Below, in pieces: positions 13,010-22,728 of a stretch of DNA of 64,000 bases (within the stretch, counting starts at the first letter, position 1; each line of letters starts with the position of its first letter). Source of the DNA: Malacoraja senta (taxonomy: Eukaryota); the NCBI GenBank assembly GCA_038087875.1, contig CM075987.1:20336001-20400000 (forward strand). The letters run 5' to 3'. Both the position numbers and the translations under genes were made by a program. Under the pieces are notes generated by a model, which was given only the letters and a program-made list of their open reading frames with translations, was not told where the DNA came from and did not search any database.

Positions 13010-13135
13010 AGTCTGAAGAAGGGTCCTGACCTGAGACATCATCCATCTATGTTCTACAGAGATGTTGCCTGGCCTGCTGAGTTACTCCAGCACTTTGTGT
13101 GTTTTTTTGTTGTTGTAAATCAGCATCTATATTTC
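13010..13135 (+). mobile_element. Penelope-derived terminal repeat (single arm)
   Basis: gtctgaagaagggtcctgacctgagacatc...ctgagttactccagcactttgtgt. Confidence 0.65.
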
Positions 13136-13194
13136 CTTGTTTGTTCAAAACTCTTCAGTTTTTTATATGGCCTCTTAAACTTGACTAATACTTG

Positions 13195-13418
13195 ACCCAA
13201 ATACAAAGTGTTGTAGGAACTTGGTGAGTCAGGCAGCATCTGTGGAGGGAATGGTAGACAACGTTGCAGGTCCGGATGCCCCTTCAGATTGGTGAGGAGC
13301 CTTGACCTGAAATATATCCTGTCCGTTCCCTCCACAGATGCTGCCCGACCCACTGAGTCCCTCCATCACTTTGTGCTTCACTCACGATTCCAACATTTGC
13401 AGTTCCTTGTGTCCCCAT
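13195..13418. mobile_element. Penelope-derived fold-back element with TSD
   Basis: Inverted arms. ttgactaatac duplicated at 13181-13191 and 13419-13429. Confidence 0.72.
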
Positions 13419-13558
13419 TTGACTAATACCTGTTGATGTTAGAACATTAGGAACAAGAACAGACCCACAAGCTCCATCCATCCAGCTTTACAAGTTTAGT
13501 TTTCAATTCTTATTTATGGATCCTTCACATAAAAATTAAAAAAGTTGAGAAATCTTAC

Positions 13559-14015
13559 CTGAATAGGTGACAGTGAGTATTTTTGACTTGTTATCATAAT
13601 TGAACTCATTCAGCTTGTGCCTCCCATAGTTGTGAAAATTCACATTCTCTCTCCCTTGGGCTTGGTATCTGAAGATCAGGCAAACAGCCACATCCGAACA
13701 GTCAGAAGCAAACATGAAAGGTTCACTAAATGGACGACAAGGGCTAAATGAGTAAAGAATATTAAGATCAGAATCCCCAGACGAAATAGTTGTAAGAGAT
13801 GTATCCCTTGCCAGAAATCCATTATCGTCCCCCACTGCTGCTAGGTTAATTACTCCTGATCCATCCTTCATTACACATTTGCAGGAATTCAGCTTAATGC
13901 ATTCTGATCTCTGGGAGAAAGAGGGAGAAGACCATAATATCAGCAGCAAGTATAGCCAGCTGAAAGTCCCAACCCCTGTACTCTGCATCTTGGAGAGGAA
14001 TTTGTCACAATGCAT
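13559..14015 (-). CDS. MRH/ATG27-like membrane protein, first coding exon (signal peptide plus most of MRH domain)
   Basis: ATG at 14015 directly after a catAG acceptor; alternative ATG at 13988. Hydrophobic signal peptide (WLYLLLILWSS), then C-x5-CxC, DGSGVINL, YSFSPC, C-x5-C, NYG and LTVTY motifs. Donor G|GTAAG at 13558. Full CDS is complement(join(10562..10710,12097..12312,13559..14015)), 273 aa (264 aa from the second ATG). Confidence 0.85.
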
Positions 14016-15129
14016 CTATGTTTAAAATGATGCAACAGTGAGGAGTGTATTTATTTGAAGTCGGCAACTAAAAGGACACTCTTTGCAGTCGTTCATTGGT
14101 ACAGAAATTGTAGATGCTAAATGAAATCATCAGGTTAGTGCAACCCTCCACAGCTGATTGGTATAACGCTGTCTCTTTTATTGAGCAAGGTAAAATTCCA
14201 CAGATTTAAAATTGTTATTTTCAAGTTCCTACTTTGCTCATTTTCTCTATCTCCTTGCAGCCATTTAAACATCTGAGATGTCTGCACTCTGATTTTAGGT
14301 ACATCTTCAATTTTAATCAATTAACTCATTAATGACCCTGTATTTAGCTGCTTAGTTTCCAAACTGGAGTTCCTTCCCTCTCCATGAAGAAATTCTTTAA
14401 AACTACCTCGAGAGTCGAGTGATTGTCATATGTACTGGCAACTGACAAATTAATTTCTGCAGCTTAAAAAGCCCATTAGCACAACACAAATAAATATATA
14501 ATAATCAATAAATTAATAACAGTAGTAGGTAACCATAAGTGCAAAACAGATGTCCATGGTGCACCATTTGAAGTGGTCAACTAGAACTAATAATGACTTT
14601 ACACTGTGACTGAGACTGGTGCAAAACAGTGCTGGAATGACTCAGCAGGCCGGGCAGCATCTGTGGATGGAAAGTGAGCAATGTACAACATATTGGGAAG
14701 CTAATAGGTTGGAGACTTCTTTATCTCTGAAGTTCACTAAAGTGCAGAGCATAGCAAAATGTAAAGTTGAAAGTGAATAAACTGAGTTATAATCTTAAAT
14801 ATTATAAATAGCCACAGGAAAGAGTTCAATGATAATGATAGGTGCTGATAGTCATGTCAAGAACAAGTCTCATTTGAAATAAGTAGCTGCAGTTTGAGGA
14901 GATTAGATTCAGAACTGGTGAACTGGAATCTGAACTTTGGGTACTGCAATGTATCAGAGGGGAAGAAAATTAATTGAGCAACTCTTTCATTGCAAGTTAT
15001 GTATTGTAGATTCTGATTATCTATTGTAGATTTGGTCAATGAACAGGAACAGAACGTTTGACTATGGGTGAAGAAATTACGAGGAACCAGATGGCAACAG
15101 TGGAACCATGTCTCCCCAGAGCAGTTACA

Positions 15130-15325
15130 AACAATCTGCTGGAGGAAATCAGCAGCTCAAGTACCATCTGTGGATCGAAAGGAAATGGTGAAATGTTTCG
15201 GTTTAAAACCCTGCACTGGGAACTTTGACCATTTCCTTTCCATCCACAGATGTTGCTCGACCTGCTGAGTTCCTCTGGCAGATTGTTTTGTTGCACCAGA
15301 TTACAGCATCTGCAGTCTCTTGTGA
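15130..15325. mobile_element. Penelope-derived fold-back element
   Basis: Arms acaatctgctggaggaaatcagcag...ctgctgagttcctctggcagattgt plus the family tail cagcatctgcagt. Confidence 0.65.
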
Positions 15326-16017
15326 GCGCAGAGTTGTTTGTCACTCAAACTTACTGTGAAATTCTATCATGTTATGATTGTTATTCCCCAGAGAATATTT
15401 ATACTTATCCAATAGATATAAGGTTGTAGCAGTTTGCGTGAACAAGGATTAGCAAAATGACCACGGCATCAAGATACTGAGAAAAGTAACTCAATTTTGT
15501 CAACACCATTTTGTTGAAGAGAAATTATGTTTGACCAAATTGTTTGACTTCTTCATCAGCAAAGAGGAACCAATGCACTTCAATGCACTTGAATTTCCAA
15601 AAGACATTAGATAATGTGCCAAGTTAAAGATTATCACAGAAAATAAAAGTTTATAAAATAGGAAGTAATGTTATCGTGAATAGTTAATAGGAATCTAGGC
15701 ACAAATGGATCATCTTCTGGCATGCTGCCGAGATTGATGCTGGGGCTTCAGATGTTTTTTGCTATTTATACGAATTACTTGGCGAAGGCGTGGAGTGATT
15801 ACTAAATATGCTGATGATAGAAAGAAGTTAGTTGTGAAGAGGGATAAGAGTGATTTATGAGCATGGATCATTTAAAGAGAAATTTGGTAGGCATGAAGAA
15901 TAATATTCTGATAAAACTGGATAGAGAAGCAAAAGGACAAAAAAAGATAAATAACTCAGCAGATCAAGCAGCATCTCTGGGGAACATGGATAGGTGACGT
16001 TTTGGGTTGAGACCCTG

Positions 16018-16800
16018 AGTGTCATTGTGTCTCAGTGTGGAAACAGGCCCTTCGGCTGAACGTGCCCACGCCACATGTCCCATCTACGCTAGTCCCACCT
16101 GCCTGCAGTTGGCCCATATCCCTCCAAACATGTACCTGTCTAAATGTTTCTTAAACGTCGTGATAGTCCCTGCCTCAACTACCTCCTCCGGCAGCTCGTT
16201 CCATACTCCATATAAAATTCTTAAGGGAGTGGACAAGCTAGATGCAGTAAACATTTTCCTGATATTGGGGAAGTCCAAAACCAGGAGTCACAGTTTAACA
16301 ATGGGTAGGCCATTTAGGAATGAGATGAGGAAAAAAAAATGAGACGAGGGAAAAAAAAATCACCCAGAGAGTTGTGAATCTGTGGAATTCTCTGCCACAG
16401 AAGACAGTGGAGGCCAATGCTTTCAAGAGAGTTAGATTTAGCTCTTCGGACTAAAGGAATCAAGGGATATGGGGGGGAAAAGCAGGAATAGGGTACTGAT
16501 TTTGGATGATCAGCCATGATCATATTGAATGGTTCGAAGGGCCGAATGGCCTACTCCTGCACCTATTTTTCATGTTTCTACCTACCACCCTTTGTGTGAA
16601 AAAGTTACCCATCAGGTTCCTATTAGATCTAACCACCCCCCCCCCCCCCCCCCCCTCACCTTAAACCTATGTCCTCTGGTTCTCGATTCCCCTACTCTGG
16701 GCAAGAGGCTCTGTGCGTCTACCTGATCTATTCCTCTCATGATGTTTTACACCTCAATAAGGTCACCCCTTATCCTCCTGCGCTCCAAGGAATAGACTCC
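16018..16800. mobile_element. Nested CR1 LINE 3' ends (plus-strand copy ~16209-16579 inside a minus-strand copy)
   Basis: CR1 ORF2 C-terminal peptides on both strands (WNELPEEVVEAGTITTFKKHLDRYM on minus; YKILKGVDKLDA...TRSHSL on plus) and a typical 3' tail (gggccgaatggcctactcctgc). Confidence 0.8.
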
Positions 16801-17055
16801 TTCTTAGCTGCAAAGCGTGGGAGGAGGCATTGAAACAAATTTCTAGCATATGCAGATCCTTATGCCAACAGTTTGGGAACTTTGATTTCAATCCCTGCTA
16901 ACACACAGTAATGTGGAGCAGAGGTGGGGGAGGCTGTGCCATGATATCCAGGGGCTGAGCCACGTCACCAGCTGCTCGCTGTCGTTACCACAGTCCCCCA
17001 GCAGCGGGCGCTGCGGGACGCGCATGCGCTCTGTCCGGCTGCGCTGCCTCCTCAC

Positions 17056-17150
17056 CGTCTCCGGCGGCGGTGGTGGGTGAAGGAATGGCTGAGCGGGCGA
17101 GCCCGTAATTAAAGGGCAAGTCTGGGTGTTTATTCACCGGCCGCTGACAA
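17056..17150 (-). other. Putative non-coding first exon of the MRH-domain gene (5' end uncertain)
   Basis: Minus-strand donor AGACG|GTGAGG inside the CpG island. The first coding exon begins with an AG acceptor and so needs an upstream exon. Confidence 0.5.
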
Positions 17151-17302
17151 TACGTCGGGAGGTACGTGGGGGGCGGGCTGACTGACTGAGTGAGGAGCCA
17201 AGCTGGAAGCAGATTCGGCTTCTCCCGGAAGCTGCCTGGCGGAGCCCACGTGAACCTTCCCGTGACCCGGAAGTTGACGGCTCGCTGCGCAAGGTGGTGA
17301 CC

Positions 17303-17305
17303 ATG
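17303..17305 (+). CDS. DPM2: DPM2 exon 1 (start codon only)
   Basis: gaccATG|GTGAGT in the CpG island. An ATG-only first coding exon completes the 84-aa frame. Confidence 0.85.
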
Positions 17306-17368
17306 GTGAGTGAGAGGCGCTCAGACCGGCGGCGGCGGCGGGAAGGAGGAGGAGGAGGCGTCGTCGTC

Positions 17369-17416
17369 CCCAGCCCCAGCCTCAGCCCCAGCTCCAGCCC
17401 CAGCCCCAGCCCCAGC
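17369..17416 (+). repeat. (CCCAGC)n hexamer repeat
   Basis: About 8 imperfect copies at the start of DPM2 intron 1. Confidence 0.85.
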
Positions 17417-17579
17417 ACCCCCGGTCCACACCCGGCCCTAACCTACACCCTCTCCTCCCCCCCACCACACCACAGTGATTTGCTCAGTCTGATTCCGACC
17501 GGAGCAAGTGACGGCGTGGAAGAAGTGTCCGTCCGTCCGTCCGTCATTCAGCCCGCCAGTCCCCGCCCTTTTCACACAT

Positions 17580-17970
17580 TGGAAGCTCTGTACCCATCCG
17601 TATCTCTAGTCTCTCTCTTTCCCCTGACCCTCAGTCTGAAGAAGGGTCTCGATCCGAAACGTCTCCCATTCCTTCTCTCCAGAGATGCTGCCTGTCCCTC
17701 TGAGTTACTCCAGCATTTTGTGTCTACGGTTTAAACCAGCATCAGCAATTCCTTCCTCCACAGACCCCCCCCCCCCAGGTCTACACCCCCCTGGGCTCGG
17801 TCCACACCTTACCCCACACAAAATACTGGAGTAACTCAGCGAGACAGGCAGCATCTCTGGGGAGAAGGAATGCGTGATGTTTCATGTCGAGACCCTTCTT
17901 CAGAGTGAGAGTCAGGGGAAAGGGAGACTTGAGATATGGAAGGGTAAGGTGCAAAAACTACAGATCAAAC
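17580..17970. mobile_element. Inverted pair of Penelope-derived terminal repeats with the best-preserved hammerhead core
   Basis: Plus copy 17580-17765 contains CTGAAGA-AGGGTCTCGATCC-GAAACGTC (17636-17663). Reverse copy at 17816-17970. Confidence 0.72.
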
Positions 17971-18790
17971 CTTGTGGGGCCCGTGTGTCGCTCACTACCA
18001 TGTCCGAGATACAATTCTGTAGCCTGGCATATTGTGGTCGTCCAGTCAAATAGTTACTGATCCAGGACAGCAATGGAACATCCACCCACATCTTCGTCGG
18101 TTTGCTCCCTAGCAGTGCAGGCCGGATGGTGTTAAAAGCATTAGAGAAGTTAAAAAGTCGGTAAGTGCTTACCGTCTTATCCAGGTGAGCATAGGAACGA
18201 TGGAGCAGGTCAATAATGGTAAACGAACTGCAGGGGGTCCAGGTCTGGTTTAACCAGGGGTTGTAGGTGAGTGAGCACCAGCCTTTCCAGTGACTTCATG
18301 ATGTGTGAAGTCAGCGCCACCAGTCTGTAGTCATTGGAAGAGCTGGGACATGTCCCCTTTGGTACAGGAAACAGGCAGGATGTCTTCCACATCACAGGAA
18401 CCCTCCGGATGAAGATATGCTGGAGTACTCCGCACAACTGGCTGGCACACGCCTAAATTATCCTGGGGCTGATGCCATCGGGACCCGTGGCTTTGCCTGG
18501 GCAGTGTCTGCTCAGCTCTTTCCTCACCTGCTCAGCCTTGATGGTCAGGTGCGACAAAGAAAGAGCAGAGGAAGTGGACCATTTGGATTGAGGGGGAGAG
18601 TCTGATTCTTGATGATATTTCCAGCCTTCCTGATACAATTCCCTGCCCCCCCCTTATCCATAATGTCTGTGATGCCCTCTGGTGCCTTTTTGCCGACTGT
18701 CTCATCTTTACTATGGACTTAATTTCCATCTATACTTCCGTCCACACTAGAATGGTCTGAGGAGCTTTCACTTTCTCCTTTAACGGGTTA
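17971..18790 (-). mobile_element. Rex1/Babar-type LINE reverse transcriptase relic
   Basis: Peptides GKATGPDGISPRII, WKTSCLFPVPKG...NDYRLVALTSHIMKSLERLV...LDPLQF, FNFSNAFNTIRP, with stops and frameshifts. Confidence 0.88.
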
Positions 18791-18984
18791 ATCCAGCTTC
18801 TCTCCAAGATTACCCTCATTTGTGTAACAGCTAATTTTTACATTCAACAGCTTCTTCAATTCATTAGTTTTCTGTGTATCAAAGGTATAGCAGTGTGAAT
18901 CTGCTAGGTCCATAGATAGATGGATCTTAGATACAGCAAAGAAACGGCCCTTCCACCCTTGTCCTTGCCAATCATCAAGTAGCA

Positions 18985-20011
18985 ATGTTACAAAATTTTG
19001 AGATTTTAAAAATAAAGTCTGCAATTTATCCCATCAGATAAAGCATAAAAAGTTTAATTTGACACCTAATTCACTTTCATATCTTCAGTATTAAAGAAGT
19101 TATGGCCATTTTCATACTCGGAAATTAGCATCTTGTTCCCTATTGGTTTTCCATTGACTTAACACAAAAGCTGTGATCGAGGACAGTTAAAAGCCCATAA
19201 CTTTCTTAAAAATTAAGATAACTGAAAGAAATTTTCAGTTATTATAGATTGAAGCATTCTGAAACAAATATGAAACAATCTTACTTAGAAGACATGAAAG
19301 TAAAGCATATAATTAGTTAGTTACCTAATTGTAGCTAATTACAAAATTCAATTACTAGATCTAAACATCTATCAATTTCTTAAGAATAGATTAACATTTT
19401 TAAATAGCCTAAGTGTCCAAATAACATTCACACAATAATTCACAATATAACATAATTTTTAAATCTCATTTTCATGAATTTACAGGCCAAATGGAAGGAA
19501 TTGAATGTTTAATACCTGTAAATTAATGGGGATTTAAATCATCTTGTGAGTGAGGATTTCTGGAACGCGATCTTTTGGAACGTTGATTTGCGGTGAATTT
19601 AACCCCGTATTGGCATGAAAAATACTGCCGTTAATTCGTGGGATAAAATCACCGTGTCGCATGAAAAAATGTGAATTAAAGGCTTCTTAAGAAGCACTTT
19701 TATACATTTAAAGAAACCACTTTCGTTTACCTGTCCCGCGTGTGAAATCCGTCCCCGTTATCGGCGTTGACGCTTCAGGAGCTGATTTTAAAATTACTCT
19801 AGCGCTGACATTGACGATTTAATAAAAATAAAAAATGCACAAAAGGCCACTAGGAACGATTTGTCAGCCAACGCTTGTACTCCAACAAAATATTAACCAG
19901 GACAAGGGAGGAGAAACCCGCGTTTTAACCCCGCCCCCCTTAAAGGCGCCAAAATCGCGCACACGGCCAGTGGCAGAATTACAGCGCGACTGAAGGTAAG
20001 TTTTGTAACAT
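18985..20011. mobile_element. ~1 kb non-coding element with short terminal inverted repeats (MITE-like), inserted in a V-SINE
   Basis: ATGTTACAAAA (18985-18995) and TTTTGTAACAT (20001-20011). The interrupted SINE lies at ~18925-18980 and 20012-20300. Confidence 0.6.
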
Positions 20012-20519
20012 ACCCATTGTTACACTAATTTTTGTATCAAGCACCCATTGTTACACTAATCCCATTTTACTTTCGCCACGTTCCCATTAACTCTCCACAG
20101 ATTCTACCACAAGCTAGGGGCAATTTGATGGCCAATTAACTTAGCAACCCATTTGGGATGTAGGAAAAATTGAGGCACTCAAAAGAAACCCATGCAGTAC
20201 AGGGAAAATGTGCAAATTCCACACACAAAGCTCCAGAGGTCAGGATTGAGTTTGTGTTACTCGTGCTGTGAGGCAATAATTCTACTTGCTGCACCATTAT
20301 TTTAAAATGAGACTATTCAATTACGATATCCATACTTAACACTGTGACAGAGCTTGCTTAATATTTCTGTGAAATGCTTCGGAATATTTTATCGCCAATA
20401 AATTTGCGGTATAAAGATTAGCAAATGGAAAAAAAATCCAGAAAAATTGTCAAGCCAATCTAGCTCAGTGTTTTTAATATATATAATAACTGAGTTATAT
20501 AAAGAGTCAGAGAGGAAAT

Positions 20520-20780
20520 GACAAAGACTAGAAGGCATAGGGAATGTTTAAAGGAGATGTGCAAGACAACTTTTATTACATAGAGGGTGGTGGGTGCTTG
20601 GTATGCGCTGCAAAGGGTGATGGTGGAGGCAGATACGATAGTGACATTTCAGAGGCTTTTAGACAGGCATGTGGATATGCAGGGAATGAAGGACTATGAA
20701 TCACATGCAGACAGAGATGAGATTAGTTTACCTTGGTATCATGTCCAGCATAGACATTGTGGACTGAAGAGCTTGTTGTT
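20520..20780 (+). mobile_element. CR1 LINE 3' end
   Basis: VVGAWYALQRVMVEADTIVTFQRLLDRHVDMQG followed by a CR1-type tail. Confidence 0.75.
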
Positions 20781-20812
20781 GTGCAACAAGCTCTTCAGTC
20801 CACAATGTCTAT
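20750..20812. repeat. Perfect inverted repeat, 29-bp arms, 5-nt loop
   Basis: atagacattgtggactgaagagcttgttg-ttgtg-caacaagctcttcagtccacaatgtctat. Confidence 0.95.
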
Positions 20813-21311
20813 CAGTGAGCCCACGGAGGCTGTTGCAGGAAATCTGAATGTCAAAGAGTGAAATGGTCTACACCATGAGGTGTTTCTATAGGTGCATCCA
20901 TTCTGTGTTTTATTAGAACCCAGGAATGCTCAATGCATATTCAAGCAAATGTTCATTTGCAGTATCCCTCGTCTTCCATTAAAAAAGATCTAAACTCAAT
21001 TTGAAGGAATTGATTCTGTATTACCTTTTTGAGTAATCCCTCCAGTTAGGGTATTGCATATTAGATGCACTTTTTGTTTGAATACATGGCCAGCGGGCTG
21101 TTGATAACACACCTGTAAAATGTTGTGGTGTATTTTATTGCGCTGTGGCATTTGAAGCAGTCAGTGAGTTTGCTGGAAGGTTACATGTCCCTCTGAAGAA
21201 GCTGATACTTGTGTAGGCATTGACATGACTTTGACAATTTTGTAGTGCAGCAGAGATGACAGAACTATGTTCGTCTTGTTTGCCAAATTTCTCTCTTTCT
21301 CTCCCTCTCAG

Positions 21312-21401
21312 GCTACAGGAGTTGACCAACTAGTCGGGATGGGACTAGTGGGCTCCAGCATGCTACTTTTCACATACTACACTATATGGGTCATTGTGTT
21401 G
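21312..21401 (+). CDS. DPM2: DPM2 exon 2, dolichol-phosphate mannosyltransferase subunit 2
   Basis: Acceptor ctctcAG, 90 nt, ATGVDQLVGMGLVGSSMLLFTYYTIWVIVL, donor GTGAGT. Human DPM2 as recalled: [30 protein letters not shown]. Confidence 0.96.
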
Positions 21402-21585
21402 GTGAGTATCAATTTTAAAAATGTAGTGATGTATTAACTTAAGTAATGTTGACATAATGCTTATGTTACTGATTTAGTCATCCAAATACACAAATTAATC
21501 CTTATTTACTCTCAGGATATGTGTGTTGCTAACCCACATTCACCCATAACGAGTTATTGTCTTTCTGTATGTGATTTAGAAACTA

Positions 21586-22150
21586 CAGTGCCCACCATAA
21601 TTTTTGGGACAAAGACCCATCATTTATTTATTTGTCTCTGTACTCCACAATTTGAGATTTGTAATTTAAAAAAATCACATGTGATTTTTGGTAAGCCTAA
21701 GGTTTGGTTGATGACTCTAACTGTTTTATTCTTGTTTGCCAGTCTCATAATGGTTTCTTTGACTTTCATTGGCACAACTTTGGTCCTCATGTTGATAAAC
21801 AGCAATAAAACTTTCCAAAGGTGATGGAAAGACTGGAGGAAAGACTTGGTGCTGAGAGCTCTCTTATGTCTGCATTCAGGAGGCAATTAAACACACCTGA
21901 GTAATTACAAAGACCTGTGAAGCCATGTGTCCCAAACATTATGATGCCCTGAAATGGGGGGACTATGTATAAACACAGCTGTTATTTCTACATGGTGAAA
22001 TCAAAATGTATAAAAATACCCTTTAATAAAATCTGACAATGTGCACTTTAACCACATATGATTTTTTTCTGTTACAAATCTCAAATTATGGAGTACAGAG
22101 GCAAATAACTAAATGATGGGTCTTTGTCCCAAACATTATGGAGAGCTCTG
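21586..22150 (-). mobile_element. Internally deleted Tc1-like (IR/DR) DNA transposon
   Basis: TA-CAGTGCCC...GGGACAAAGACCCATCATTT left TIR with a matching right TIR and an internal direct repeat gtcccaaacattatg. The minus-strand remnant MRTKVVPMKVKETIMRLANKNKTVRVINQTLGLPKIT resembles the Tc1 transposase N-terminal HTH. Confidence 0.88.
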
Positions 22151-22625
22151 TGGTCCACAAGGCAGTCAATAGTCCACGTGGGGCAGCAGTCGCATGAATG
22201 GATGAAGATGGCAGACTTCTTCCCAATTGTGCTTCTGTAACATTCCAACACGTTCATGTATAATTTACCAATGCCATTTTTTATTTTTCAAACATTACAA
22301 CCTATTTTTTAATTTATTTGCATTGCAGTTATTCACTCAAGGCAAAAATAAATTACGTTGGTTGTATGCCCACTTTTCATATCCTCAGAACTTCACGAAA
22401 TATTCCACTGATATTTATCAAGCACATAGATTATTGGAATACACAAATCAAAAATCCTTAGAAATAATCAGGGAATAATATCAGACACTAGTGATTTGAG
22501 GCTCTGACCTAAGAATAATAATTTTGTTGTGCCTGTTTCTCCACTTTCAGAGATCTGCTCCAAATGACTTTTCACACTTTATCTTACTTTAAACCTGCTG
22601 ATCAAATTAATTATTGTGTTTGCAG

Positions 22626-22728
22626 CCATTTGTGGATAGTAGACATATTCTTCACAGCTATTTCTTGCCACGAGAATATGCCGTGATCTTGCCCGCTGTT
22701 GCTGGTCTGCTCCTGGTTTTATTAGTGG
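22626..22728 (+). CDS. DPM2: DPM2 exon 3
   Basis: Acceptor ttgcAG, 103 nt, [35 protein letters not shown], donor GTAAGT. Confidence 0.96.

Larger units (their letters stand above)
16955..17560. promoter_or_regulatory. CpG island; bidirectional promoter of DPM2 (+) and the MRH-domain gene (-)
   Basis: Sharp GC/CpG enrichment. ETS sites CCGGAAG 17225-17231 and CCGGAAGT 17267-17274, NRF1 GCGCATGCGC 17020-17029, GC box ~17170-17177, E-box CACGTG 17247-17252, CCACGTCA 16960-16967. Splice donors point in opposite directions (plus GTGAG 17306; minus GTGAG 17055-17051). Confidence 0.8.

Noticed and set aside
17134-17734. ORFs of 94 and 146 aa over the CpG island
   Set aside because: GC-rich and hexamer-repeat open frames running into a Penelope repeat. 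The real coding content is the ATG of DPM2 followed by a splice donor.
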